From assembly GCA_951406725.2 (NCBI GenBank), contig OX597820.1, forward strand, positions 15,624,001-15,688,000: a DNA stretch of 64,000 nt. Reading direction: 5' to 3'. The notes beneath the pieces were generated by a model. It did not search any database. It worked only from the letters and a program-made list of their open reading frames with translations, and was not told the DNA's origin. The position numbers and the translations under genes are program-made. The number at the start of each line of letters is the position of its first letter. Within the stretch, counting starts at the first letter, position 1. This document shows, one piece after another, positions 10,668 to 23,414 of this stretch. Origin of the DNA: Octopus vulgaris. Taxonomy: Eukaryota.

Positions 10668-12029
10668 TAATTCCTCATCTCTTAAATATAAAACTATATA
10701 TATATTGCAGTTCATATCAATAGAGCCAGTACATTTGGTAGTGATTCACTAGACTATATATTGGTCTGGTTGAAAATTGTCTACACTTTTACAATATCCT
10801 ATTTTTAATTCGTTATTTTGTTGTTTATTTCATTAGCATATTCTATTATTGCCAGGCTCTGAAAAAACTCTTCTTTCTCAGTCAGAATCATGTGAACGCA
10901 AAATAGCCATTCAATAAATCTTCAAAATTTTAATGATTTACTGTAGTAATCTTTTGGCTCATCTAGATTCCATTTTCCTGAATGTTGTCTCAAGATCATA
11001 CAATTCCACAAATCAATGGACTTGTAGAAATATAAATTCAAACAAAAGACAAAATGCATAATAACTTATAAAAACAAGTTCTAGTCTATAATAATCACAG
11101 AACAAGAAAATATATTCTCTAGATGTCAATAAATTAATTTGGCTGTGACAAGCCTGGTCTACTAGAAAATTATTTCTATATATAAAAAACTTCAATTTTG
11201 AGGTAAAAAAAATTTTAAAAAGGCAAAGAAACAAATACAGTGTTCTACAAAATGTGTTAACCTTGTGTGTGTATGTGTATAACCAAGAGATTCTGTATGA
11301 GTACGTGAAAGACTGTATATGTATGCAACAAGCATGAGACACACAAGTGAATCAGTAGCAGTTTTTATGTTTTTAAAAATACATACATAAATTTATGACC
11401 CCACTACCATGTACTTTAAATGAAAGTTAAGCAAAGAAGTGAAGAAATATTGTCATGGAAAATTCAGTACTCTGAAAGCTATTGGACGCAAAGGGCTGCC
11501 TGTCATTGTTGTTCCTCTGAATAGTTGTAATTGAGGTTGTGTCACAACATAACTCATCTCGTGTTCTGTTGAACTATGGCTATTCTGCATAACCATAAAT
11601 GATGATGTGTTATCTTTTGAGTTGCATTGGTGCAACAGCTATGGCTGTTGGTAAGAGCCAGTATGTCACTATGATGCTGATAATGGTTTGTGAATGATGA
11701 GTTATTAGAATGACCAACGTAATACTGTTGACGATTCTGCTGTTGCTATGGGCAGCGGCTGCTGATGACAATACACAGACGTTAACTGACTTGATGAGAA
11801 AGATCAACTCAAATACTTCAACCATAAATCAAATCTAGGCATGCAAGTTCATACCTGTTGCAAGTACATCCCTGATATAGCTGTCCCTTTATTATGAGAA
11901 ATTCCCTACAAACTGCTCGTTTTAAATACATCATCTTCACTAATAAGCTTATTAAGCCAACATGGATCACCTTACATAGTTGAATAATCAAGTAAATGAA
12001 AAAAAAAATTGAAAAATATATAAAACCAT

Positions 12030-12410
12030 AGGCATGGCTGCCTGGTTTAGAAGCTAGCTTTGCAACCAATTGGTCCTAATGTGTGTCACCTTAGTCTCAT
12101 ACTATAGTTGTAGGCTTACAAGTGACTTGTGAGTGAATTTGGGAGACGGAAACTGTGGAGAAACCTGTTATATAAACACACACACACACACATACATATG
12201 TGTTTTTGTGTTTATCATCTCTCTCAATGCTTAACAACTAGTGCTTGTTTATGTCCCCACTACTTAACAGTTTGGCAAAAGAGCCTGATAGAATAAGTAC
12301 CAGACTTATAAATAAGTACTGGAGTCAATTTCTTCAACTAAACCCTTCAGGACAGTGTCCCAGCATGGCTGCAATCCAATGACTGAAACAAGTGAAAGAT
12401 AAAAGATAAA
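12030..12410 (+). mobile_element. Family A SINE adjacent to the liprin-beta splice donor
   Basis: Head ggcatggctg...ggtttagaagc and tail ccagcatggctgcaatccaatgactgaaacaag. Confidence 0.8.
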
Positions 12411-12422
12411 AAATGTACTTAC

Positions 12423-12600
12423 AGGCAATAATATTGTCCATTTGTTCCAGAGCAGCAGCCAGCATATCACTACCATCTCTTGAACTAGTTCCATTGTTGT
12501 TTGCATTGATAGTGCTACCACCATTGGTAGACGGACGTGCTGTACTCCCTCCTATGAGACCAAGTGTTTCCCCACCTGGGGAATCAAGGGAAGATTCCAT
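12423..12600 (-). CDS. PPFIBP1: Liprin-beta (PPFIBP1/2 family), first coding exon (partial CDS, 59 codons + phase-1 intron)
   Basis: Translates MESSLDSPGG...SRDGSDMLAAALEQMDNIIA, matching the vertebrate liprin-beta N-terminus (SDASDMLAAALEQMDGIIA). It ends at a canonical donor GCC T|GTAAGT (+ strand 12417-12422 acttac). There is an in-frame TAA upstream of the ATG at 12600. The symbol is approximate because invertebrates normally have a single liprin-beta. Confidence 0.88.
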
Positions 12601-12811
12601 CAATAATTCTGATGCAGAATGTTGTATTATAGAAATGCGAAATTAATAGAGGCTCTTTAATGTGTACTGTTCCAGTGGTAGTAAAGCTTGTGTTAATGTT
12701 GGATGAGTGAAAGAAGAAAACTTCAAATGGATTCAAACTTAATATCTTTGACTTTTGCTGTTGTCCAGGGAAATCAAGCACTGGTCTGCAGATTGGATAG
12801 CATCAGTACAG
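12601..12811 (-). other. 5' UTR portion of the liprin-beta exon, with splice acceptor
   Basis: The minus strand reads ttcattttcttctctccacAG|ctgtac at 12812/12811, a polypyrimidine tract plus CAG. The sequence is non-repetitive up to the ATG. Confidence 0.65.
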
Positions 12812-13620
12812 CTGTGGAGAGAAGAAAATGAAGGCAATTAATATTGATAATACCAGATTAAGCAGTGCTGAATATGTCAGTAGATAAATAAAGTTCCTAT
12901 TAAATTTTAATGAGAGGTTAAATATCCAGATAAAGTGAAAGTACATCACTCTTGTGATTGTTTTTGTCGCTGCATATTTCAAATTATGGATGGGGTAGAA
13001 TTTCCTAGCAGAATGTGGTTTGTATAATCACATGATTATACAAAGAGATATGTAAGTGTATAAATTTTTATAGAGTTTCCTTCACAAAAAAGAAAAAAAA
13101 AAAATTGTTTCTAATTTTGTTGGCAACCATATAGCCTTGAAGCAATTTGTCCTGAGTAGCATGCAATCAAAACGAGGAAATATTAAATGACAAGTGGTCA
13201 GTAATGTATTTCAAGAAATAGCAATATGGCTGGAATATTTCCTGTCTTCTCAATATGTGAAACACATTTATTTAGAATGCAAAAATGTTATCAACTTCTC
13301 ATTCTTTGGTAGTATATGATCAAATATTCAAGAGTTGCTAGTGGAGGTAGGGGCTCTTCTCTGCCTTAATGGGAGCAAAGATAATATTAAATTAAACATT
13401 TTAAAGTTACTTTTTTTTTAATTTCTTCATTCTTGTTTTTTCTTTTCACATTAGAAAATTTTTGGTAGACTCTTGAAAGAGTAGTGTTAGTCCTCAGTTG
13501 TGTATAATCAACACAAATCATAACAGAGAATGATTATGTGGGTTGAAAAACACTTTTTTTTTTCTCTACTCCATGAAACTGGTTTTGTATTTTTTGTTTT
13601 TTTTAAATGTTTTCTTACAG

Positions 13621-14005
13621 GTGCAGGCATGGCGGTGTGGTAAGAAGCTTGCCTCCCAACCACATGGTTCTGAGTTCAGTCCCACTGCATTACACCTTGG
13701 GCAAGTATCTTCTACTATAGCCTCGGGCCGCCCAAAGCCTTGTGAGTAGATTTGGTAGACGGAAGCTGAAAGAAACCCATCATATATATATACATATATA
13801 TATATATATTTGAGTGTCTGTGTTTGTCGCCCCAATCACTGCTTGACAACCAGTGTTGGTGTGTTTACATCCCCGTAACTTAGTGAAAGAGACGAATAGA
13901 ATAAATACTAGGCTTACAAAGAATAAGTCCTAATGTTGATTTATTTGACTAAATGTAGTGCTCCAGCATGGCCACAGTCAAATGACTAAAACAAGTAAAA
14001 GAGTA
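13621..14005 (+). mobile_element. Family A tRNA-derived SINE, full length (reference copy)
   Basis: tRNA-like head (tggcggtgtggtaagaagc...gagttcagtcc), a CORE-like ccttgggcaagt, a central (TA)n and a 3' aaacaagtaaaagag tail. More than 15 copies occur in the window. Confidence 0.88.
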
Positions 14006-14509
14006 ATAAATTATTGAAGTTTTGCTTGGCTGAATTAAACTGCTGTCTAAAGGGTAATATTTCTATGCTATTGCTATCTGTAGGATACCTGCCACCTTCA
14101 ACTTTGATATTTGGTAGACCAACTTTTCATCGACTTGGTCCCTAATTCTCAGAGTAGTAGTTCTGCTAGTACCAGCAACAATATTAATGCATCTTATCTC
14201 TGTCAGTAATCATTCTCTTCACCTCTCTTTCTCTCTCTCTCTCTCTCTATTTTGTGATACTTCTTCACTCTCTTCTTTTTGCAGCACATGGCCTCTAATC
14301 CTAAACTATTTTTACTTTTAAATTTACTAACTTTACACTCTCATAACTCAACCATAATCTTCCAAATAAGGGGGGGAAATAGAAAAAGTTAAAAAAAAAT
14401 TAACAAATATGGAAATAAATCTTTGATATTTATGAAATGAATAAATATATTAAGAGGCTTGACAAAAGTGCAGCAAACCTGTCAAGAAGGTTTAATTCTA
14501 ATAAATTTT

Positions 14510-14803
14510 TTCTCGCTCTTTTCAAGCCTAAGCAGGCTCATGAGCCCGGTTTCCCAGTTTCTGTGGCGTATGTATTCCCCCCAGATGGATGGGATGCCAG
14601 TAAATTGCAGCGTTACTCAAGAAACAGGAAGAGAGAGTGAGAAAAAGTTGTTGCAAAAAGTACAACAGGGGTCGCCACCAACCCCTGGAGATTTTAGGTG
14701 TTTTCGCTCAATAAACACACACAACGCCCGGTCTGGGAATTGAAACCACGATCCTCTGACCGCAAGTCTGCTGCCCTAACCACTGGGCCATTGCGCCTCC
14801 ACA
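14510..14803 (-). mobile_element. Family C SINE
   Basis: Reverse complement of the 55775-56090 copy. Confidence 0.8.
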
Positions 14804-15763
14804 CTTCTAATAATACCAAATATATATCATCTTAATCTCTTAAAACAAAAAAACCCCAAAAAATACAGAATATGTGATTATATGTAGCTGTGATATAGTC
14901 ATTTACTTGCTGATACTCTTAGAAGTTTTAGCAATATGTTTTTGTATTAGATGTAACTATGTTGTCTTTATAGACATTACATTTACAAATTACATAAAAA
15001 TATATGTATTGTGACTTATCTTATAGTTTGGAGTTTCAACATTTGGTCATCTAAACTCACCAGTGAGAGAGCTAAGAAAATTAAATATGTATTGGCTGTC
15101 AAAAATTCCAGTCTTTCATTGAAGGAAATTATGAAAATTTTCTCTGCTACATTCAGGCTTTTATGATTCAGGAAAGCTACCAAATTATGAAGATATTTTC
15201 AGTTTTGTTCGTGTCTTCATGAAATGGGAAAATTGCTCTGGCTTCAGTAGCTATCATGTGACGTGAAGGCATGGATTTTGAGATGTGCTTGTTTAGCAGT
15301 GACTTATCTGAGATTATGTGTTGAAGCAATTACATCCTGGAACATCCATTTTAACCATCTAAAATATGGTTGCATTATGTCAAATTACAGTGGAGCAACA
15401 AAAATTTTGACATTTCAAGAAATAAAGGAAAAGTGATGTTAACAAATTTTGGGGGTGTTTATATATAGTTAAAATGGCTCTTTCATGATATATTGCTGCT
15501 AAATTTTAAACATCTAAAATTAAATTTTTCTAACTTGTGAACTTTAGAGACCCCTAGATATTACCAACCACCTGAAGACGTCAAGCCAGTTTTCAACTAC
15601 CTTTTGACCCCCTAAACATTCTCAACATTCTACACAGTTCCATTGACTCCTAGCAGTCTATATTCGCCACTTTAGAAACACTTAGTCTGACAATAATCTA
15701 TGTAACATTTAATAGAAAACACAATAATAAGTGAAATATTAAATTCAATGCATTATTATTTGA

Positions 15764-16250
15764 GTGGAGGCACGTGGCTTAGTGGTTAGGGTGTCAGCAT
15801 CATGATCGTAAGATTGAAGTTTTGATTCCTGGACCAGGCGACGTGTTGTGTTCTTGAGCAAAACACGTCATTTCACGTTGCTCCAGTCCACTCAGCTGGC
15901 AAAATGAGTAATGCTGTGATGGACTTGTGTCCCGTCCAGCTGGAGAACACACACGCCATTGAAACCGGGCCCCATGAGCCTCGCTAGGCTATAAAAGGAC
16001 GCATTTATTATATTATTATATGAACATTAAAGGCGGTGAGCTGGCAGAACCGTTAGCATGCGAGGCAAAATACTTAGCAGTATTTCATCTGTCACTACAC
16101 TCTGAGTTCCAATTCCGCTGAGGTCAATTTTACCTTTCATCCTTTCGGGGTTGATGAAATAAATTCTGGTTGAGTACTGGGGTCGATGTAATCAACTAGT
16201 CCCCTCCCCCAAAATTCCAGGCCTTGTGCCTTTAGTAGAAAGGATTATTA
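15764..16250 (+). mobile_element. Family C SINE followed by a family B SINE
   Basis: gtggaggcacgtggcttagtgg head at 15764. The ggcggtgagctggcagaa head with cctttcatcctttcgggg (Nin/Deu-domain-like) starts at 16031. Confidence 0.8.
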
Positions 16251-19200
16251 TATGAACATTAATAATGTAACACTTAAAACAGCAACCATGAAAGTTAATC
16301 TTATTAGAAATTTAAATATTTTATCCAGACAAGTAAAATTATAGACTGATTTCTATTTTTTTTAAAATCAAAAATAAAATAAATACAAACTTAAAATCCT
16401 AACAATTTTTATAAAGAATTTTCTTGTCAACAGATGTTGTTTAAGTTATTAGCAAAGCTTTAGCTGCATGAACACTTACACAACAATCAATAACAATCTA
16501 AATAGCTATTCTATACTTTCTGAATACATGCCTGCTGCTTAGTTTGTATTATAGCAAGGAAAAAAAAAACACGACTTAAAATAATGTTTATATATATGTT
16601 CTCCCTTTGGTGTTCACCTGCTAAGATTTTTTTAACATTTCTACCTTCCAAAGTTGAAGTATAAGAACAATACAAGTCAAGTCAATTGACTGTATGTCTT
16701 TGCAACAAAAAGTGGCCTAGACTTTAAACAAAAGAAATGTTAGCATGCAAAATATATTTTTTTTTTTAATTTAATAATTTTTTTGGTTGTGTACAAGAAT
16801 CAAAGTATTTAATATTTATAAGAATTTGAGGTGGACATATAAATCATTCTGGTTTTCATCATTTTATTTATGGCTTCAACGTAAGTAAAATTAGTCCGTA
16901 TCGAAAAAAGAAATTTTTTAAGTATTATATATAATATTCAATCTCTCCATTTCAATTATTATTTTTTTTCTTATATCTACTCCATTCTGTATTTGAATAT
17001 ATAATAGACAATTAGAAGAATACTAATGAAGAACATTAGTACCTGAGAAATTAATTAGAGCAACTAATCAGTCAGCATTTTATGCTTTCCAAGATTTGAT
17101 CCAGAAAATAAAAAAATAAGTAATTTAGTAATAAAAAGAAAAAAAGCACAAGTTGACAAATATAATGTTGATTTCTAACAAAGAAAAAAACACTTTGCAT
17201 TTATAATAGATGGAATACAAGATTGTCTAATGGTCATGTCTTTCTAGCAAGAAGCCACTGAAATAAAATTTGTGATATTAAAGTATTTTTATAAGGTACA
17301 AAGGCCTTCATTTGCAGGGAAGAATAATAATTATAAGTTGTAGCATTGATAATATGACATTATTGACATAAATTTGAAACAAAAAAGAGCAACAAATTGA
17401 TACTGCAATGTCTAATATCATTTAAATTAAAATCTTAGCAGTTATTCATAATTATGATAACCATGTCATTTCTGAAGTCAAAGGACTTTGATCAGAAATC
17501 AAAAACTGTGTCACAGTCATATCTTGTAGGGGAGCTTATCTATTGTATGATAATTCTCATTAGTGAAATATAAAATATCAAATTTAACAAAATTTGGAAA
17601 ATGATAGAATCTATAATACCTTTCTATGAATAAAGATTTGTTTCCTGCTGCTAGATGGTACATAACCATTTCAAAGTGTTTGCAACTACCAATCTTTTCT
17701 GATCTATCAATATATATATACATACATAAATACATACATATATATATAATCACTCAATAACAAGTAAGTCCAGTTTCAGAAAATTTCTATGTATGAAATT
17801 CATAAAATCACACTGTCACAGCTGTTTAATGTTTTATGTACAAGGCAAAATATTTAATTTTTTAGCAGCACTCTTTCTCATTACATACAGGAGATTGTGT
17901 GTACATGTGAGTATGTGAGCGTGCATTAGAGAACATGTGTGAATATATGCATGCGTGGGAGTGAGTGTGTTCAAGTTTCTACTCATATACTTGTATATAA
18001 GTTCAAACACGAAATGTGTGTGCATGTGTGTATGTTTAAAGAGTGGTTTGGTTTTAGTTTAATGGCTGTTGGATTAACTCTTCCACCAAGACTGAAATAA
18101 AACTTAGAATAAATTGTCAGTCTACTTAACAAGCAAGTAGCTGCCACAACTAATTCCTGATAATCAAATTCATGTTAGAAAATCTATCAGCTGGTAAACA
18201 CCTGTTCTAAGAAACGAGGTAAAGAAACTGCGGGAGCTTTTATTTAACTTTCTCAGCCCACTTATAATGCTGACAGACTGCCATTGGCTTAAATTTTGTT
18301 TTAGTTCACATGTTCTAAGTAACAATATCTAACATATTGAATATCAATGATTAGAAGGTTAATAATAGATCAATTCAACTAAAGGTCAACTTCCTTACAT
18401 GTTTTCATTCAAAATTTGGTGGGGATTAACAAGCTTATACATTTTCGAAATCATCAGAGCATGGAGAATCCAAAAATGCAAGTTGGCATTTGTAAAACAC
18501 CTGGATAACTACTGTTTTAGATTTTTAAAAATGGCCATGTCGACTTCTGGTCAGTTTAGAAACACCAATTAAATAATTTAGTCCTGTTTCCAGCATCAAG
18601 AAAATTACACATCATATCACAGAAGTTCTATCTGTCTGAGTAACACTTGATGCTGTTCTCTACTCTCCCTATGTGAAGAGGCACAGAAAACAGGGAACTA
18701 TAACGATAAGACACTAGTTAAAAGATATGAGTGATTTACCAAGATTTATCAAGTGTGAAGTCTGTGAAGCAGAAAGACATGAAAACCTTTGGTCCTTCAG
18801 TGACCTGAAGCTTATGAAGAAGGCATGGTTTACATGTCTAATACTACAAGACAGACTAAACAGCTAAGCTAATATATAGAAGTGTCTCAATAACCATTTT
18901 CAATTCATGTCATCTATAACGACTGACATGAAAATTAATTAATAACTATGACACACCATAAAAATATAAGTAACATACAGGCAAAATAGCAGGGTGTTTG
19001 TCATGTGGTATGCTGTCTTTACCTTTTTGATAGCATAAAAGTGTCTTTTCTGCTCTGTTTGTTGAGTAGCAGCAGCTTAGGAATCATTGTCACTCTTTCT
19101 TCCCAGTTCTTTCTCACATATTTTCTTTTCTATTATACACCCTCCTTAAAAATTCTGTACACACACAAACAAAAAACACACATTTGCCTAACCACTCCAC

Positions 19201-19497
19201 TGAAGGTGAAGCCCTTTAGACCAAAAGACAGCTGAACGCAATGCTACAAGCTAATGAAAGACCAGCAGACTTGAGATGACTATGATTCTTTCTTGATGTC
19301 TAATAATGCTAAAATATATCCATAATAACTGTTACCTTTCCTGCAAACAAAGCTCAGTTCAAAATTAAAATTGATAACTTCCTCTTTATGCACTAACAAT
19401 TACCTCTGGGTTTCATTTTCTTTTTCCAACTAAGAGGCAAAGTCAATTAAAAAAATTTTTTTTATTAATTTAAAAGAACATTTTTTTGTCTTTTACA

Positions 19498-20320
19498 TGT
19501 GCAGGGATGATTGATTGTGTGATTAAGAAGTTCAGTGTAGAACTGCGTGATTTTAGGTTCAGTCCCTTTGCACAGCACCATGGGCAAGTGCCTTCTGACC
19601 AATGCCTTGTAAGCAGATCTGGTATTGAGAAACTTGTGGAAACTCATCATATATGCAATTGTGTGTGTCTTTGTGTTTGTCCTCCATCACCAATCAACAA
19701 CCGGTGTTAGTTTGTTTACATCCCCTATGACTTATCAGTTCAGCAAAAAAAAAAACTGATAGAATATTCTTTATTCTTTTACTCTTTTACTTGTTTCAGC
19801 CATTTGACTGTGGCCATGCCGGAGTACCGCCTTAAAGGGTTTTAGCCGAAGAAATCAACCTCACGACTTATTCTTTGTAAGCCTAGTACTTATTCTATCA
19901 GTCTCTTTTGCCGAATCACTAGGTTACAAGGACGTAGACATACCAACATCAATTGTCAAGTGATGGTAGGGTGGACAAACACAGACACAAAGACACATAC
20001 ATAAACAGACATATACATATATATATATATATACACAACAGGCTTCTTTCAGTTTCCATCTACTAAATCCACTCACATGGCTTTGGTCAGCCTGAGGCTA
20101 TAGTAGAAGACACTTGCCCAAGGTGCCACGCAGTGGGACTGAAACCAGAGCCATATAGTTGAGAAGCAAGCTTCTTACTACACAGCCACACCTGCACCTA
20201 TAAGTATATACTTAAAATAAAATTAAATACCACAGTTGATTTATTTGACTACACTCTTCAATGTGGTGCTCCAGCATGGCTGCAGTCCAATGACCGAAAC
20301 AAGTAAAAAACAAAAGATGC
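19498..20320. mobile_element. Family A SINE (+) with a nested family A SINE (-, ~19770-20200)
   Basis: The plus copy breaks at gatagaata (~19765) and resumes at ataagta (~20200), around an intact minus copy. Confidence 0.75.
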
Positions 20321-21882
20321 ATCATTCAGTACATGACCATCGTTTACTTGTATTATCTAAACTCATACCAATAGCCCACAGGAGTTATTTCCATTAGCTC
20401 ATGTTTAGTAATGAGCTCTTATACTATTTCCTACTGTATGCTGCAGGAAAAAAAACAAAAAAAAAAAAAAAGAAAACTACATTAGATTAACTTAGTCAAT
20501 GTGGGTTTATTGTCTTTATCATGAGCACAGTTTTCCAACCTCTCAGCTTATTTTTCCAATACCCTATTAATTCACCCATCCTACTGTCTCAAATATTATC
20601 ATAGTTTTATTTGTCAGCTGTTCTAACAGATTATTTTAGAGCTATGAGTAATTTTTCTTCACTTGGCACAAAACCAATAAGCTTAGCCAATAGGTTACAA
20701 TGCAAAATTCTGTTAAAAAAAGTAATGCTAATGTCACAAGCAACTTGGTATTTTCTAAAAATGTCTTATGTCAGGAACCTTTTGTCGGTTATTGGAAAAA
20801 AAATAATAATGAGAGATTTAAGTGAAGAGTGAATAAATAGCTTGACTAGGAGCAATTTCTGTAATTATGTTTAGATTAAAGTTAATAGAAAAAGCAAGGG
20901 CTAGAGTTGTAAGGGTCAATGTGATTAATTTATACTGAAAGAGAAAAAGTTCAATACTTAAGAGAAGATAGGAACTAGTTGAGGAATGTATTGCAGGTGA
21001 AGGGTAGTTGAGGATTTCAATTAATAATTTTTTGTTCGATGGTATTAAGAAAAAATTGCCAGTACTGGATATAAGGAAGAACATCAGAGATAGAATAAAG
21101 ATAGGCACAAAAAAGAAATCCAAGATTAGCCAAAATTATTGAAAGAAAATTTGAATGGTCTTATACACTAAAAGTAAAAATTCTTGGTATATATGCACAG
21201 GCATATGTGGTTAAGAAGCTCACATTACAACCACATGGTCTTGGATTCAGTCCCACTGTTTATTAAGTTTATGCTATTGTATAAACTTAATAAAATTGCT
21301 GTCTTCAATTCTGATGACAAGTTTAGTTAATACAAATTATCTCTCATGAACACTGACTAAAATCACTTGTTAAGTTTATCTCTACAGATATTGTAGAAAT
21401 TATAACTGGCACTGATTTTTGTTACAATGTTTCATTTCCAAGACAAAATTCAGTGCTGGCTATAATTTCAATAGAATATCTGTAGAGATAAACTTAACAA
21501 GTGATCTAAAGGACACTGCTAACACAGGAGATTATGATATTGATTTATAAGAACATTTAATATACTTTACAGTATATTATGGTTGTATAATGAAATATTA
21601 CATCCCCACAAGTCATTAATACTGACTAAAATATATAAACCGTTTTGTTCCATTTTTTTTTCTTTTTTTGTAGCCGAGTTTCTATTTATCTTCTTTCTTC
21701 TAATTACTAACTTTTATTATTTATGCAACGTAAAAATAAAGAATATCAGTTGCGAAACATAATTTTATGTAATATCCCAATTTAATAAAAGGTATTTTCA
21801 TCAACGATAGTCACATGAAGAGGCTCAATGGGGAGAAATGTGAAGCTTTTAAACTTGAGAACAATGGTAGAGAAAACTAATA

Positions 21883-22867
21883 CCGTGCAACTTTGGTTTA
21901 TGATCACCTCTCATCATGAACAAATTGGTTTATGAACAATTTTTCAAACATAAAAACATCTCAGGTGACAAATGGTGTCTTGAGTAATGAGAACGCAAGC
22001 CAGCAACAATTGTTGACAAGCAGGGGGTATTAGCAGGAGAGCATCCGTCTACTTTTGGGATCTTTACCTTTTGACTTACAGATTTAAAAAATAATTTTTT
22101 GTAACTAGACACTTTAGAAACTTCGGACACTGGTAGAATGTGTCATATAAAACATCTTTTACTCTTAGCATTTTTGAGAGAAACTTAGGAAGTTATTTCA
22201 CATCAAAGTTCTCGTATTTCGCTAATTTCAACCAATCAATGACGTGTATTCAGCTGAATAAAATTACTGCCGTTGTTTGTCAACAACAACTATCGGTGGT
22301 GTATTTTTCATTTGTCACTGTTACTTATGACATTGTTCATGCGTTTGTACTGGTTTTAAGGTTACGATTTTAGGGTTATGGTTAGGGTTTTAGGATTAGG
22401 GTTATGGTTTTAGGGTTAGGGTTAAGGTTTAAGGGTTAGGGTTAGAGTTGTCATAAATAAGTGACAAGCGAAATATATACCACCAGAAGTTCTTGTTGAC
22501 AAACAACAGCAGTAATTTTATTCAGCTGAATACACGTCATTGGTTGAAATTACCAAAATACGAGAACTTTGACGTGAAATAACTTCGTAAATATAAGTTT
22601 TTCTCAAAAATGCTAAGAGTAAAAGATATTTTATATGACACATTCTACCAGTGCTCGAAGTTTGAAAGTGTTTAGTTACAAAAAGTTATTTTTTAAATCT
22701 GTCGGTCAAAAGGTAAAGATCCTACTTTTGTTCAGTGCACATCCATGGTCAAATTCCCAATGCCTTCTCTTGAATTTTCTATGGGAAAAATTGCTTTGGT
22801 TTATGAACATTTCAAGTAATGAACAGCCTTCAGGAACAAATTAAATTCATAAACTGAAGTTCCATTA
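21883..22867. mobile_element. Tigger/pogo-like MITE hosting the foldback insertion
   Basis: TA-ccgtgcaactttggtttatga ... ttcataaactgaagttccatta-TA degenerate TIRs, with repeated ggtttatgaac subterminal motifs. Confidence 0.5.
22058..22722. mobile_element. Foldback DNA transposon with ~275-bp TIRs and a (TTAGGG)-like core
   Basis: GGATCTTTACCTTTTGAC...GTCAAAAGGTAAAGATCC ends, 8-bp TSD TACTTTTG (22050-22057 and 22723-22730), and telomere-like repeats at ~22369-22447. Confidence 0.9.
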
Positions 22868-23338
22868 TATTCAGTAAAAAAATAAAGAGCAAAACTCTAA
22901 AAAGTAACTAACTTATTGTTGATATAAAGCATGTAGTATACAAATGAGATAACTGCTAAATTACCTTTGGCTGTAAAAAGTTAATATATCAATTATAAAC
23001 AACTATTAAAAGTTATGTCAAAGTTTGACAAATAGCCAAACAATTATATTTACTAATTAAAATTTAAGTGAGTTTATGCATGCAGAAATAATAAATTATT
23101 CTCAGACTTATTGACTAACAGACATTTGAGATAAAATTTAAAGTTCTTTTTAGCAAAGATTCTGCAAGATTGCAAAATAAAATATTTTAGGCTACATATT
23201 CTTAAAATTGGAATACTGAAATGATAATATTCTTGAAACTGGAATTATTGAAATTTTGGCAAAATATTTCAATTTTCTATTCCATTTCCTTTTAAAACAT
23301 TCTATTTAAATTGAGTATAAATTATTATCAATAAAATT

Positions 23339-23376
<38 letters not shown>

Positions 23377-23414
23377 TATTATATATATGCAGATGTACAC
23401 ATAATTTCTTACAT

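Noticed and set aside
13543-13835. Recurrent ORFs containing YQIHSQGFGRPEAIVEDTCPRC or GYSRRHLPKV
   Set aside because: Chance reading frames of the family A SINE, repeated throughout the window; not a protein family.
22369-22447. True telomere or chromosome fusion site
   Set aside because: The array is short and degenerate, and it is enclosed within a TIR element with a TSD.
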